The notes: generated by a model from the letters alone, not told the origin. A stretch of 64,000 bases of DNA from Promethearchaeota archaeon (GCA_048937405.1 JBHLNF010000006.1:96001-160000), one strand, 5' to 3'. Shown: positions 10,128-20,606, counted from the first letter of the stretch. A program made the numbers and translations.

Positions 10128-11552
10128 TTAGTAATTTAATCCTTTTAGCAATTGGACTGTAGTATACATATTCTTACCACTTTTTCTCAGAAAATCCATT
10201 GCTTCTTCAATTCCCTCTACAGTTAAATTAAACATTGGGATGATACTTGAAATTATTTTCCGTGTCCATGGTGACCATTCTGGTTTTATTGCCTCCGGAT
10301 TTAACCAAACCACATTATTTTTGAAATGATTTGCAAGTTCTTTAATATAGTAAATTCCAGGTAATTCATTTCTATGATAATAATATATAGATCCATATTT
10401 TTCTGTAAGTTCCCAACTCGCCATTGCAGCATCGCCAACAATAACTACTTTGTATTTATTATCATATTTCCTTAAGAATTCATTAAAATCTATTGCTTCT
10501 TCTGGATTCCTTCGAGCATTGAGATAAAGAGACTCATAAATACAATTATGGAAGTAATAATATTTAAATTCTCTCCAATGAGACATGTTATTAGCTGCTG
10601 AGAAGAGAAGATTAACCAAATGAGCATAAGGGGTCATACTACCTCCAACATCCATTAAAAGAATCATTCTTACATTATTTTTTCTCTTTTTATCAAAAAC
10701 TAATTCGATATCTCCATAGTTTTTAGCAGTTTTATCAATTGTTTTATCTAAATCTAATTCATCTTTTTTCCCGATTTCTTCCAATTTTTTAAGACGTTTT
10801 AGAGCTACTTTAATTTGTCTCGTATCTAACACAATATCTTTTCTATAATCTTTAAAGATCCTTTTTTGGGCAATTTGCATGGCCATCCGCATACCTGCAG
10901 AACCTCCAACCCTCATACCCATTGGATTTTGACCTCCATGACCAAAGGGTGATGTTCCTTGCGTTCCAATCCAGCGGGAACCCTTATTATGTTCTTCATT
11001 TTGCATCTGCATTAGTTCTTCAAATCGCTTTTGCATTTCTTCAAGATCAAGAAATTGACTCATCATTTCTTGAAGATTCCCTTCTATATTTGATAGATCA
11101 AAATTCTTTTCTAACCATTTCCAGATTTCATCTTTAATATTCTCAGGTGCATTAATAAGGATATTATCTCCAGAGATTGAATCAAATTTTTCTAATAGTT
11201 CTTCAAGAAATTGTTCTAAATCTTCAATATTTATATATTCTTGGTATTCTCGTAAAAGTAGTTTTAACCCTTCTAAAAGTTCTGGAAGTGTGATATCTTT
11301 ATTCATCCAATCCCATATTTCTTGTTTAATATCTTCAGGAAATTTAAGCATAGCTTCTTTAAAGAAATTGGCAAACGCAATGTCATATATATCAAAATGA
11401 TGTTCATTTTTACATAAAATTGAACGTGAAACGTAATAAAATTCAACCATATTATGAATAAGACCTTGATTTAGAGCCTGCATTAACGTCATATATTCCG
11501 TTATACTTACTGGCAACCTTTCTTTAAGATAATAAAAATACTCAACAAACAT
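10128..11552 (-). CDS. VWA-domain CoxE-like protein
   Basis: WIGTQGTSPFGHGG, LLMDVGGSM MIDAS, YYFHNCIYE, VGDAAM, VWLNP. Confidence 0.88.
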   Translation of the reverse strand: MFVEYFYYLKERLPVSITEYMTLMQALNQGLIHNMVEFYYVSRSILCKNEHHFDIYDIAFANFFKEAMLKFPEDIKQEIWDWMNKDITLPELLEGLKLLLREYQEYINIEDLEQFLEELLEKFDSISGDNILINAPENIKDEIWKWLEKNFDLSNIEGNLQEMMSQFLDLEEMQKRFEELMQMQNEEHNKGSRWIGTQGTSPFGHGGQNPMGMRVGGSAGMRMAMQIAQKRIFKDYRKDIVLDTRQIKVALKRLKKLEEIGKKDELDLDKTIDKTAKNYGDIELVFDKKRKNNVRMILLMDVGGSMTPYAHLVNLLFSAANNMSHWREFKYYYFHNCIYESLYLNARRNPEEAIDFNEFLRKYDNKYKVVIVGDAAMASWELTEKYGSIYYYHRNELPGIYYIKELANHFKNNVVWLNPEAIKPEWSPWTRKIISSIIPMFNLTVEGIEEAMDFLRKSGKNMYTTVQLLKGLNY

Positions 11553-11661
11553 AATCCAGACTTTGAAAACTAATTTTCTATAATTTTATAACAGAATACA
11601 TCTAATATAGATTTTTACAATTTTAATAGGTACTTTAGAATAATATGAGATTTTTAAGTTT

Positions 11662-13815
11662 TTAGAAGATCGTAAAAATCAGATAACCCCAATTAATAAT
11701 TCCTCCGATTAATAATGCTATGGCAATTTCCATAATTGAAATCTTTAGTGCATATTTCCAATCTGTTTGTTTTGCAATAATTATAATTGTCGCAAAACAA
11801 GGGATATAAAGCATAGTAACTAAACTAAAGACTATCATCTGAATAGGAGTCAAAAGTTCTAAAACTGTAAATCCCAAGTTTGAAGCAAAAACAGCAAGAA
11901 GTACTAATGTTAACTCTTTTCGTAAGATTCCATAAATCAAAAAAACACCAACAGTAGCAGGTAATCCTAACCATAGTACAGATATAGGTGATAATACAAA
12001 ATTTACTGGCTCTAAAGCATTGAAAATCAAAAGTATTTCTAAAATAATTCCTAAAATAACAATTATAGGAAGAGCCTTATACACGAATTCTTTCGTCCTT
12101 AGCCATGTCTGTTTAGCAATAACATTGTAATTTGGAACACGATAATCATGCATTTCCATAATTAATTCTGTACAAGCTCCAGGCATTAACTTATTTAGAA
12201 TTCTACCTACAATCAATATTACTATTAAATTAATCGAAAATAGAAAAATTATCCATTCAAAACCTAAATATCGCCCTACTAAACCCATAACTACTGTCAT
12301 AGTCGCTCCGCATGGAACTAGAGATGTTAAAACAATAGATATTTTTTTTTCTCGTTCTGTTTCCATAATTCTACATCCTGCACATGCTGGTACATTACAA
12401 CCAAAACCTAATATCATAGGAATAATTGTTTTTCCATGAACGCCGAGAATGTGCATGATTCTGTCCATTAAAAATGCTGCTCTTGGTAAATAACCAGAAT
12501 CTTGTAAGATTTCAATAATCAAGAAAAAAGGTATCACATATACTAAAACACCACCAATTGCACCGAATAATCCTCCCATCCCACCATCCCAAAATACTTT
12601 TATAATTAGAGAATTTTCACTAAACAAGGAGTAAATACCTTCACTCCATATACTGTATAAATTATCAAATAAACCACCTAAAAAATTGCCTATTGTGAAT
12701 GTGAACATAAAAGTCCCGAAAAGTACAAAAATCAAAATAATATATCCCCATATAGAATGAGTAGTAAGATGATCAATTCTGTCAGCAATAGAAATTCTCT
12801 TAGCTTGTTTACCAGATTTCACAACCAAAACTTGATCAATAATTTTATGGATATTATTATAGATTTCTGATGAAATCATAGTATTAATATCCTCCCCATG
12901 AATATCTTCAAGTTCTTTTCGAAATTTATCAGCTAATTGAATTATTAGAGGGGATGATTCATTATGTACTAATGATTTTTTGATTTCATCATCATTTTCT
13001 AAAAGTTTTATTGCCAAAAACCTTAAAGGATAATTTAGGTTATTATCAAGGTTTTCATAATCCTTTAATGAGTTTATAATTTCTTTAACTTTTATCTCTA
13101 TTTCCTTTCCAAAAGAAAGAATATTGGATAAATCAGGAAATTCAAATTCCTTTTTTAATAATGACCACGATTTAACTCTTTTATGAATATGTTCTGTTCG
13201 ATGATAAACATGAGAATGATGATTAAATTTCCTTGACTTATGTTTATTATGATGTAAATGTGGATGATGATATATAACCATTTCTATTGCTTCTTCAAGC
13301 AGTTGATGAACACCTACTCCATGAATTGCAACTACTGGGAGAACTGGTAATTTAAATATTTCCTCTAATTTTTCAAAATCAATATCCATGTTTCTCTTGT
13401 GTAAAATATCCATTTGATTTATTGCCAGAATAATTGGAACATTTAATTCTAAAAGTTGAAATGTGAAAAATAAATTGCGTTCTAAATTAGTAGCATCAAT
13501 CACATTTATGATTAAATCAACTTCTTCAGAGACTATATACTCTCTGCTTACAATCTCTTCAATACTATATGTTGATAATGAATAGATACCTGGAAGATCT
13601 ACAATATTGAAATGATAGCCTAGAAAATCCAAATAACCTTCCATTTTTTCTACAGTCTTTCCTGGCCAATTTCCTATCGTCTGTGAGAGACCTGTTAATT
13701 GGTTAAATATAACTGATTTTCCTACATTGGGGTTACCCGCTAATGCTATATTAATTGAATCTTCATATTTTTCTCCTTTAAATCGCTTTGTCTTTTTTGG
13801 TAGATGACAACTCAT
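11662..13815 (-). CDS. feoB: Ferrous iron transporter B
   Basis: GNPNVGKS, GNWPGKTVE, DLPGIYSL, DSGYLPRAAF, GFGCNVP, LYIPC. Confidence 0.95.
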   Translation of the reverse strand: MSCHLPKKTKRFKGEKYEDSINIALAGNPNVGKSVIFNQLTGLSQTIGNWPGKTVEKMEGYLDFLGYHFNIVDLPGIYSLSTYSIEEIVSREYIVSEEVDLIINVIDATNLERNLFFTFQLLELNVPIILAINQMDILHKRNMDIDFEKLEEIFKLPVLPVVAIHGVGVHQLLEEAIEMVIYHHPHLHHNKHKSRKFNHHSHVYHRTEHIHKRVKSWSLLKKEFEFPDLSNILSFGKEIEIKVKEIINSLKDYENLDNNLNYPLRFLAIKLLENDDEIKKSLVHNESSPLIIQLADKFRKELEDIHGEDINTMISSEIYNNIHKIIDQVLVVKSGKQAKRISIADRIDHLTTHSIWGYIILIFVLFGTFMFTFTIGNFLGGLFDNLYSIWSEGIYSLFSENSLIIKVFWDGGMGGLFGAIGGVLVYVIPFFLIIEILQDSGYLPRAAFLMDRIMHILGVHGKTIIPMILGFGCNVPACAGCRIMETEREKKISIVLTSLVPCGATMTVVMGLVGRYLGFEWIIFLFSINLIVILIVGRILNKLMPGACTELIMEMHDYRVPNYNVIAKQTWLRTKEFVYKALPIIVILGIILEILLIFNALEPVNFVLSPISVLWLGLPATVGVFLIYGILRKELTLVLLAVFASNLGFTVLELLTPIQMIVFSLVTMLYIPCFATIIIIAKQTDWKYALKISIMEIAIALLIGGIINWGYLIFTIF

Positions 13816-13886
13816 AAATTTATGATCCTTTTTTATATTGAATTCGAACCTTTCTATTATTTGTTAGTAAAAGCTGTATTACTTCT

Positions 13887-14132
13887 TTATATTACACAAC
13901 TTGGATCGCATTTTACAATGATTTTTGCTGCTAAGCCTCTTCCAATTACTAGTGATGATCCTTTTACAATAATTTGTAGAGGTCCTCTCATAGGAGCAGA
14001 TTTTTTTTTTTTAATTTTTACTCCTGGAACAATTCCTAAATTAGCGAGACGTCTTTTTGCGTTATAACCTGCTCTTACACTTACTACAGTGACTTCTTCC
14101 TCTTTTTTGCATTCTATTAAACATTTAATCAA
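13887..14132 (-). CDS. feoA: Ferrous iron transport protein A (start possibly upstream, ATC 14186)
   Basis: RRLANLGIVPG...APMRGPLQIIVKGSSLVIGRGLA; directly upstream of feoB. Confidence 0.9.
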   Translation of the reverse strand: MIKCLIECKKEEEVTVVSVRAGYNAKRRLANLGIVPGVKIKKKKSAPMRGPLQIIVKGSSLVIGRGLAAKIIVKCDPSCVI

Positions 14133-14242
14133 TGGAGCGGAAAGAATTTTCTCCTTATCTTTTTCTTCAGATAGATAATTAATGATTTATTTTCACCTAG
14201 ATGGAATTTCTTCTATGGTAATATAATTTATTTAATAATTAA

Positions 14243-14261
14243 AATTTAGGCATAACAAATT
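14243..14261. promoter_or_regulatory. Possible DtxR/MntR-type operator upstream of feoAB
   Basis: AATTTAGGCATAACAAATT imperfect palindrome containing a TTAGG half-site; DtxR-family gene 1.3 kb away. Confidence 0.35.
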
Positions 14262-14446
14262 ATAAAAAAATAATAAATAAAATCTTAATATTATTTTAAT
14301 TTTAAATTAATATATTACACATAAATATATAAATTTATTATTTATTAAGATTTTTATATAATTAAAATAGTATATAATAATTATTAAAGATTTTTAATGA
14401 ATTTTATATGATTTGAAAATCTTAGTATCTTAATTGATATATTGGT

Positions 14447-14812
14447 TTAGAACCATTGAGTTGCATCTGCTTCTAATACTAAATCATTTAATGTCGCAGC
14501 TCCAACAATTTTTACTCCTGGAATTAAATTCACTTTTTCCCAACCCAACATTCTTTTTGATGCCTCACAAACTAATATTTCTATTCCTTGTTCCATTGTT
14601 GTGTCGATCATTTCTTTTACACTTGGAAAAGCACCAAGCTTTATTTTTTCAGCTTCTCCTGGTTTAAGTATTCTTAAAGCAGTACCTAAATAATAAACAG
14701 TAGCCTTTATATCCATTGCTTTAGCAGTTTGAGCTAAAACTAATGGTGAATATTGCCGCTCTGGGTCATGACTGGTTTGAACATATAAAATATGTTTTTT
14801 TTCTTTACTCAT
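14447..14812 (-). CDS. DsrE/DsrF-like sulfur-relay/peroxiredoxin-like protein
   Basis: PERQYSPLVLA...GIEILVCEAS...KIVGAATL. Confidence 0.8.
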   Translation of the reverse strand: MSKEKKHILYVQTSHDPERQYSPLVLAQTAKAMDIKATVYYLGTALRILKPGEAEKIKLGAFPSVKEMIDTTMEQGIEILVCEASKRMLGWEKVNLIPGVKIVGAATLNDLVLEADATQWF

Positions 14813-15009
14813 AAACTACCACCTTTTAATTTTTTATTATTACGATTGAATTATTATATTTTTTTTAAATATAAGCTATAAAAAAAGAGAGATTCAATCT
14901 TTTAAACCTCTCTTCTATTTTTTAGAAGAAAAAGTTATAATTTTTGATATAAATATTAATAATCTGATTATAATAATTATAAAATATTATTTCATTTTCC
15001 TTTTTTTTT

Positions 15010-15086
15010 TTGAATGATTATTCATAATATTTAAATAATTAGGTTGATATGTATATATTAAAACATTATTGTGAATAAATATTCAT
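15010..15086. promoter_or_regulatory. Two copies of the RTGAATAWWTATTCAT palindromic operator
   Basis: TTGAATGATTATTCAT 15010-15025 and GTGAATAAATATTCAT 15071-15086. Confidence 0.65.
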
Positions 15087-15109
15087 AAAAATATATGAGG
15101 TAAAAAAAT

Positions 15110-15496
15110 ATGCCCGGTGGAGATAGAACTGGACCTAGAGGTTTAGGTTCATTGACAGGTAGAGGTTTAGGATATTGTGCAGGTTATGACACACCAGGAT
15201 ATACAAAAGGTTTTGGCATGGGGTTAGGTAGAGGCGGTTGGCGAGGTAGAGGTGGAGGATACGGAAGAGGTTTTGGATTTGGCAGAAATTGGGATTGGGG
15301 TTATGGTTATAGAAGACCAATATATCATCCTGTTTATACTACATATCCAATTGATACATCACCTATAATTACCCCAGAAAATCAAATTACTATGTTAAAA
15401 CAAGAGAAAGAATATTTAGAATCAGAAATGAATGGAATCAAAATTGCAGTTGACAATATCTCAAAAAGAATTGAAGAATTAGAGAAAAAAGAATAA
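15110..15496 (+). CDS. DUF5320 family Gly/Arg-rich protein
   Basis: MPGGDRTGPRGLGSLTGRGLGYCAG plus C-terminal coiled coil. Confidence 0.9.
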   Translation: MPGGDRTGPRGLGSLTGRGLGYCAGYDTPGYTKGFGMGLGRGGWRGRGGGYGRGFGFGRNWDWGYGYRRPIYHPVYTTYPIDTSPIITPENQITMLKQEKEYLESEMNGIKIAVDNISKRIEELEKKE

Positions 15497-15519
15497 TTTT
15501 TTTTTAATGAGTTAGTAAA

Positions 15520-15900
15520 ATGTTTGAAATTCATGAAAGTTATGAAGATTATTTAAAAGCTATTTATTTTATATCCAAAACTAATAAGGGTGGTTGGATA
15601 ACCAATTCTGAGATTTCTAATTTTCTGAAAGTTAGACCATCATCGGTTACAAGCATGCTATATAAATTAAAAAAAAATAGATTAATTACATGGAAGCCTA
15701 GAAAAGCTCTCAGATTAACAAAAAAAGGGAAAGAAATTGCTATAAATATTATTGAAAATTACAATTGTTTACAAAATTTTTTTGTCAATGTTTTAAAGTT
15801 GAAGAATAAGGCTATAATAGATAAATTATCTTGTGAAATTGAACATCACCTAAATCCTGAAGTAACTAATGCTTTAAATGATTTCATCCTTAAATATTAA
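15520..15900 (+). CDS. DtxR/MntR metal-dependent transcriptional repressor
   Basis: ESYEDYLKAIY, VRPSSVTSML, LTKKGKEIA, SCEIEHHL. Confidence 0.9.
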   Translation: MFEIHESYEDYLKAIYFISKTNKGGWITNSEISNFLKVRPSSVTSMLYKLKKNRLITWKPRKALRLTKKGKEIAINIIENYNCLQNFFVNVLKLKNKAIIDKLSCEIEHHLNPEVTNALNDFILKY

Positions 15901-15922
15901 CTATTCATATAGTACAAAAAAT

Positions 15923-16666
15923 CTATTGATTTAATGAAAAGATTAATAATATAGTAAAAATTCCAGCAAATACTAAGATTATTTGTCTAATATTATGTTT
16001 AAAGTCTAACTTGTGATGTAAGTTTGGAACTAAATCTGTTAAAGCAATATAAATAAAACTTGCTGCAGAGATTGCTAAAAATATAGGAATTAAATTACTA
16101 ATAGTATCTAAAATATAATAACTAATTAGAGCCGCAGGTATAGTAATTGAACTAGATAATGTATTTAAAAAAAATGCTTTCTTTTTTGAGTATCCACTAT
16201 CAATAAGTATAGCAAAATCACCAATTTCTTGAGGAATTTCATGGGTTATTACTGAGAAACTAACAATTATACCCATATTAATAGAAATTAAAAAACTAGC
16301 CGCAATGACAATTCCATCCATAAAATTGTGAATAGTATCACCAATAAGAAGGATTGGTCCTGCAGCATTCTGTATTTTACATTCTTCATCATGGCAATGG
16401 TGCCAAATTACAGTCTTTTCAAGGAGAAAAAATATAATAATTCCAATTAAAACTATTAACATAATTAATTTTGGATTGCTGTTTGATAAAGCTTTAGGAA
16501 TCATTCCCACTAAAGCTGCTGTTAATAAAGTACCTATAGCATACGAAATGAAACAGGGTATGAGTACTTTCTGTATTTGCTTTTTGAATGTTAGAAAAAC
16601 TCCAGCTGTAATTATTGCACCAATACTGCCAATAATACTGAAGATCAAAACTAATAAAATAATCAT
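15923..16666 (-). CDS. ZIP family metal transporter
   Basis: WHHCH, GDTIHNFMDG, HEIPQEIGDF. Confidence 0.92.
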   Translation of the reverse strand: MIILLVLIFSIIGSIGAIITAGVFLTFKKQIQKVLIPCFISYAIGTLLTAALVGMIPKALSNSNPKLIMLIVLIGIIIFFLLEKTVIWHHCHDEECKIQNAAGPILLIGDTIHNFMDGIVIAASFLISINMGIIVSFSVITHEIPQEIGDFAILIDSGYSKKKAFFLNTLSSSITIPAALISYYILDTISNLIPIFLAISAASFIYIALTDLVPNLHHKLDFKHNIRQIILVFAGIFTILLIFSLNQ

Positions 16667-16686
16667 TTACTATTCTACTCCATTAT

Positions 16687-17628
16687 TTAATTTTGAGTTA
16701 TTTTCAATTTCCAAAAAGCCTGATTATTATAAAAAATCTCCTTAATTTTATTTTGAGATTTTAATTTTCTTAATTGTGAATTAATAATTTCTTCATTTAT
16801 TCCATCAATCGCAAAGGTTTCAATAATTTGATCATATCTCATTGGATGTCTTTCCAGTATAGATAATAACTCATTTTCTAAGTCTGATGAATATACACTA
16901 AATTTTCCTTCCTCTGGAAAGTTAATATTTGAATATTCAGCGAATATTTTATTCAAAATTAAAAAAGTGTTCTTAAAAGGAATTTTTACCCATTTTTCTG
17001 TCGGCGGTCTTATCGGAACATTAATATCAACTCTATTAGGATCTATTAAATCAATTTTCTCTTTAATTTTTAATAGTTCTTCTTTTGAGTCATTTATTCC
17101 TCTAATTATCATTATTTCTATCCAGAAATCACCATCAAAAATATTCTTAAATTTTTTTAATCCTCGAATTACATTTCTAAAATTTAAGGAGGGGTGAGGA
17201 CGATTTATTTTAATAAATAATTTATTATCTCCTGCATCTAGACTTGGTAAAATTACATCAGAAAGAATGAGTGCATCCTGAACTTCTTTATGATAAAGTA
17301 AACTTCCATTAGTAATTACGCAAACAGGTTTATTTGATAATTCTCGTGCCTTTAATATTAAGTCCTTTAAATCTTTATATAATGTAGGTTCACCACTACC
17401 TACAAATGTTATATAATCTATCGAATTTTCATGGATTTCTATGGCCTTCTCCATCTCAGTCATGATATCTTCTTTTGGGAAAAAATTATTTCTAGTATTC
17501 GTAAAGTTGGTCGTTTTTCCTAATTGACAATATATACATTGATAATTGCATGTCTTCGAAGGAAGTGGATCAATTCCCAATGAATTTCCTAATCTCCTAC
17601 TAGGAACAGGTCCATATACATATTTCAT
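16687..17628 (-). CDS. Radical SAM protein
   Basis: YVYGPVPSRRLGNSLGID, CNYQCIYC, GSGEPTL. Confidence 0.92.
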   Translation of the reverse strand: MKYVYGPVPSRRLGNSLGIDPLPSKTCNYQCIYCQLGKTTNFTNTRNNFFPKEDIMTEMEKAIEIHENSIDYITFVGSGEPTLYKDLKDLILKARELSNKPVCVITNGSLLYHKEVQDALILSDVILPSLDAGDNKLFIKINRPHPSLNFRNVIRGLKKFKNIFDGDFWIEIMIIRGINDSKEELLKIKEKIDLIDPNRVDINVPIRPPTEKWVKIPFKNTFLILNKIFAEYSNINFPEEGKFSVYSSDLENELLSILERHPMRYDQIIETFAIDGINEEIINSQLRKLKSQNKIKEIFYNNQAFWKLKITQN

Positions 17629-17646
17629 ATTCTTAAAAAAAATAAA

Positions 17647-18087
17647 TTAAGGATTTTGGATCTTATATTTCTCAATTGCTCGTTTTAAAGTGGTTACTAC
17701 TAACGCCGCACAATGTTTATGATCATCGGGTAAACCTTTTAAAGCATTATCTATATCGATAGGTTTTAATTTTTCTGCAAATTCTAAGGTTTTTCCTTCA
17801 ACCATCATAGTAATTTGACTTCCTGCTGCTACAGTAGCACCACAGCCATCTGTGATAAAATTGGCTTTTTTAATAATGTCTTCCTTGATTTTCAAAAAAA
17901 ATTGCATAGTATCACCACAACTTCCTTCATAAGCATGCCAGGTGCTTATTTCATCTTCAGGAGGTTTGCCCCAATTTTTTGGATTTTGAAATAATTCAAC
18001 AATATATTTGTTATATCTCTTAATTTCCTCTTCCATAATCTCTTTCTGAATTTCTTCCACCCACTTATCTAAATTATCTGATGGCAT
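17647..18087 (-). CDS. IscU/NifU-like Fe-S scaffold
   Basis: GSCGD, TDGCGAT, DHKHCA. Confidence 0.88.
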   Translation of the reverse strand: MPSDNLDKWVEEIQKEIMEEEIKRYNKYIVELFQNPKNWGKPPEDEISTWHAYEGSCGDTMQFFLKIKEDIIKKANFITDGCGATVAAGSQITMMVEGKTLEFAEKLKPIDIDNALKGLPDDHKHCAALVVTTLKRAIEKYKIQNP

Positions 18088-18172
18088 TTTATAATTGTAA
18101 ATTCAATCTAAGTTTATAATACAACTAATTATTTTATATTTTATAATTTATAAAATTAAAAAAATCATTTCT

Positions 18173-19045
18173 TTATTTCTCTAATATTTCTCGAATGGTC
18201 TTAACTGTTTCTTTAAAAGCTTTTGTGGATGCACTATCCGGATATTTTAATGTGAAAGGCATTCCTAGATCTCCTTGCTGACTTACTTCAATTTCAAAAG
18301 GAATTTTACCTAAAAATTTAACATTAAAGTCTTCAGCTGCTTTTGTTACTCCTCCTGGAGGATATAAATCAATATATTCCCCACAATGAGGACAATTGAA
18401 ACCAGACATGTTCTCAATTATACCTAAAACTTTACGTTCCATTATCTGAGCCATTCTTATAGTTTTTCTGGCATCCATTAATGCGACTTCTTGAGGGGTA
18501 GAAACTACAATAACATTTTCATCTGGAATAAGTTGTAAAATATCCAATGTCTCATCAGAAGTTCCTGGTGGCAAATCACAAATTAAATAGTCTAATTCTC
18601 CCCAAATTGCTTCTCCCAGAAATTGTCTCACAGCACTCATTTTCATGGGGCCCCTCCAAATAACAGGCGAGTCAGAACTTTCAATGAGAAATGCCATACT
18701 CATTGTTTTAAGGTTTAAAGGTCCGTTAACAGGATAAAATCTTTTCTTCTCAGAATCAACCCTAGGTTTAAGATTTGGGTCAATACCTAACATTTTCAAT
18801 ATATTTGGCCCTGTAATATCCACATCTAAAATTCCAACTCTCAATCCAAAACTGACTAAACTCATAGCAAGGTTTACTGCTACAGTAGTTTTTCCCACCC
18901 CACCTTTACCAGATATCACAACAATTTTATGTTTAATTTTACTCATATTTTCCTTAATATTTTCTATTAATTGATCCATTTTTTCTTTCTTTCCTTGTTC
19001 AACGGTCTTCTTTAAATCGATATCTGGGATTTCTTTATCTTGAAT
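18173..19045 (-). CDS. Mrp/NBP35 (ApbC) Fe-S carrier ATPase, copy 2 (start ATT 19045 or TTG 19072)
   Basis: Same motifs as copy 1; IQDKEIP aligns with MSEKEIP of copy 1; GAGGTG 7 nt upstream of the ATT. Confidence 0.92.
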   Translation of the reverse strand: MQDKEIPDIDLKKTVEQGKKEKMDQLIENIKENMSKIKHKIVVISGKGGVGKTTVAVNLAMSLVSFGLRVGILDVDITGPNILKMLGIDPNLKPRVDSEKKRFYPVNGPLNLKTMSMAFLIESSDSPVIWRGPMKMSAVRQFLGEAIWGELDYLICDLPPGTSDETLDILQLIPDENVIVVSTPQEVALMDARKTIRMAQIMERKVLGIIENMSGFNCPHCGEYIDLYPPGGVTKAAEDFNVKFLGKIPFEIEVSQQGDLGMPFTLKYPDSASTKAFKETVKTIREILEK

Positions 19046-19120
19046 AATCTTACACCTCTTAATTGTAATCAAATTTAATGGTTAAATTTATATACTTTCA
19101 AATTTTGTTATTAACTAATA

Positions 19121-19136
19121 ATGAATAATTATTCAT
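19121..19136. promoter_or_regulatory. Perfect palindrome ATGAATAATTATTCAT in divergent promoter
   Basis: Read directly; recurs at other promoters of the island. Confidence 0.7.
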
Positions 19137-19187
19137 TATTCATTAAAAACTTATTGATTAAAAATTGTAAAAGAAAAGGCTAAAAAA

Positions 19188-19613
19188 ATGAGTATTATTG
19201 CAGTACCTTCAATGGGTAATGGAGGTTTAAATGATCAGATAAGTCCTCGTTTTGGAAGATGTGCAAGTTTCACATTTGTCGAAGTTGAAAATACTGATAT
19301 CAAAGCTGTAAAAACCGTTCCCAATCCTGCTGCGAATGCGATGGGAGGTGCGGGAGTACAAGCAGCCCAGATAATTGGAAATAATGGTGCTAATATTGTA
19401 ATAGTTGGATTTTTAGGACCAAATGCTGCAAATGGACTTAATGCTTTAAATTTAGAGCTCGTTCAAGCTCCAAATGAAACTATGACAATAAAAGAAGTTA
19501 TAAATCTCTATTTAGAAGGAAAATTACAGAAAATCACCAGTTCAAATGTTGCATCACATTATGGAATGGGAGGCGGTCGAGGAATGGGTGGTGGTCGAGG
19601 AATGGGAAGATAA
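19188..19613 (+). CDS. NifB/NifX-family FeMo-cofactor-binding domain protein
   Basis: SPRFGRCASF, GGAGVQAAQ, GPNA, GMGGGRG tail. Confidence 0.9.
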   Translation: MSIIAVPSMGNGGLNDQISPRFGRCASFTFVEVENTDIKAVKTVPNPAANAMGGAGVQAAQIIGNNGANIVIVGFLGPNAANGLNALNLELVQAPNETMTIKEVINLYLEGKLQKITSSNVASHYGMGGGRGMGGGRGMGR

Positions 19614-19634
19614 AGTCAACCAAAAATAAAGTTT

Positions 19635-20588
19635 TTGTTAATTAAGAGAAAAACAGCTCTAATGTACCATATAAAACCTAAAATAATTTGTATTACTGGT
19701 GGTAAAGGAGGAACAGGAAAAACATTATGTGCTGTAAATCTTGCTGTTATGTTCAAAAATGAAGGAAATAAAGTTCTACTCATAGATGGTGATGTAGAGA
19801 ACCCTAATACATACTTATTATTAAATGGAAAACTTGAAAACAAAAAAGAAGTTCCTTTCTTTAAACCTAAAATTAATGAAAAAAAATGTTCTAAGTGTGG
19901 TTTATGTTCTCAAAATTGTTTATCAAATGCTCTTTTACATGTAAAAGATACATTTCCAATTCCAATGTTAACATTATGCTCTGGTTGTCAATTATGTTAT
20001 AAAATTTGTCCTGAAAATGCAATTGAAGCAGATTCAAAAACGATGGGATGGATTTACTCTACCAATGTTAACGGACTCCTTCTTTTACTAGGTGAATTAA
20101 AACCTTCAGAAGCCCGTTCAGCTGCAATAGTAGAAGCTCTTCTTGAAAAACTTGAAACCATTATTGAGAAAGAGCCTAATAAATTTGATATTATTATTTT
20201 AGATACTGCTCCAGGGGCTCATTGTGATGTTGAACTTTTAATTGCTGATGCAGATATTATAATTCCTATAACAGAACCAACAAAATTTGGTAAATTAGAT
20301 CTAATCAGAATAATGGAATTGATAAAATTATTAGGTAAAGAAACTCGCGTAATAGTAAATAGATCTTCATTATTAGGATTCAGAGAACAATTTTTAAATG
20401 AATTAGAGAAAGAAAATATTGAAATTTTGGGTGATATCCCTTTAGATTCCGATATCGTAGAATCATATTGTCAAGGAACTCCAATTATGGAAAAAAACAG
20501 CGGATTTAATAGAGAAGGCGCTGGTTATATTGGTTTCACTAAAATTTATGATAATTTGAAGAAATGGTTAAAAACAATAAAACAATAA
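19635..20588 (+). CDS. MinD-superfamily P-loop ATPase with inserted 2x[4Fe-4S] ferredoxin
   Basis: GGKGGTGKT, DGDVENPN, CSKCGLCSQNC, CSGCQLCYKICP, DTAPGAHC. Confidence 0.88.
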   Translation: MLIKRKTALMYHIKPKIICITGGKGGTGKTLCAVNLAVMFKNEGNKVLLIDGDVENPNTYLLLNGKLENKKEVPFFKPKINEKKCSKCGLCSQNCLSNALLHVKDTFPIPMLTLCSGCQLCYKICPENAIEADSKTMGWIYSTNVNGLLLLLGELKPSEARSAAIVEALLEKLETIIEKEPNKFDIIILDTAPGAHCDVELLIADADIIIPITEPTKFGKLDLIRIMELIKLLGKETRVIVNRSSLLGFREQFLNELEKENIEILGDIPLDSDIVESYCQGTPIMEKNSGFNREGAGYIGFTKIYDNLKKWLKTIKQ

Positions 20589-20606
20589 TTTAGAAGTGAA
20601 TGATAA

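Noticed and set aside
19560-19613. Short tandem repeat GGTCGAGGAATGGG
   Set aside because: Encodes the usual GGGRGM tail of NifX-like proteins; not a CRISPR or mobile repeat
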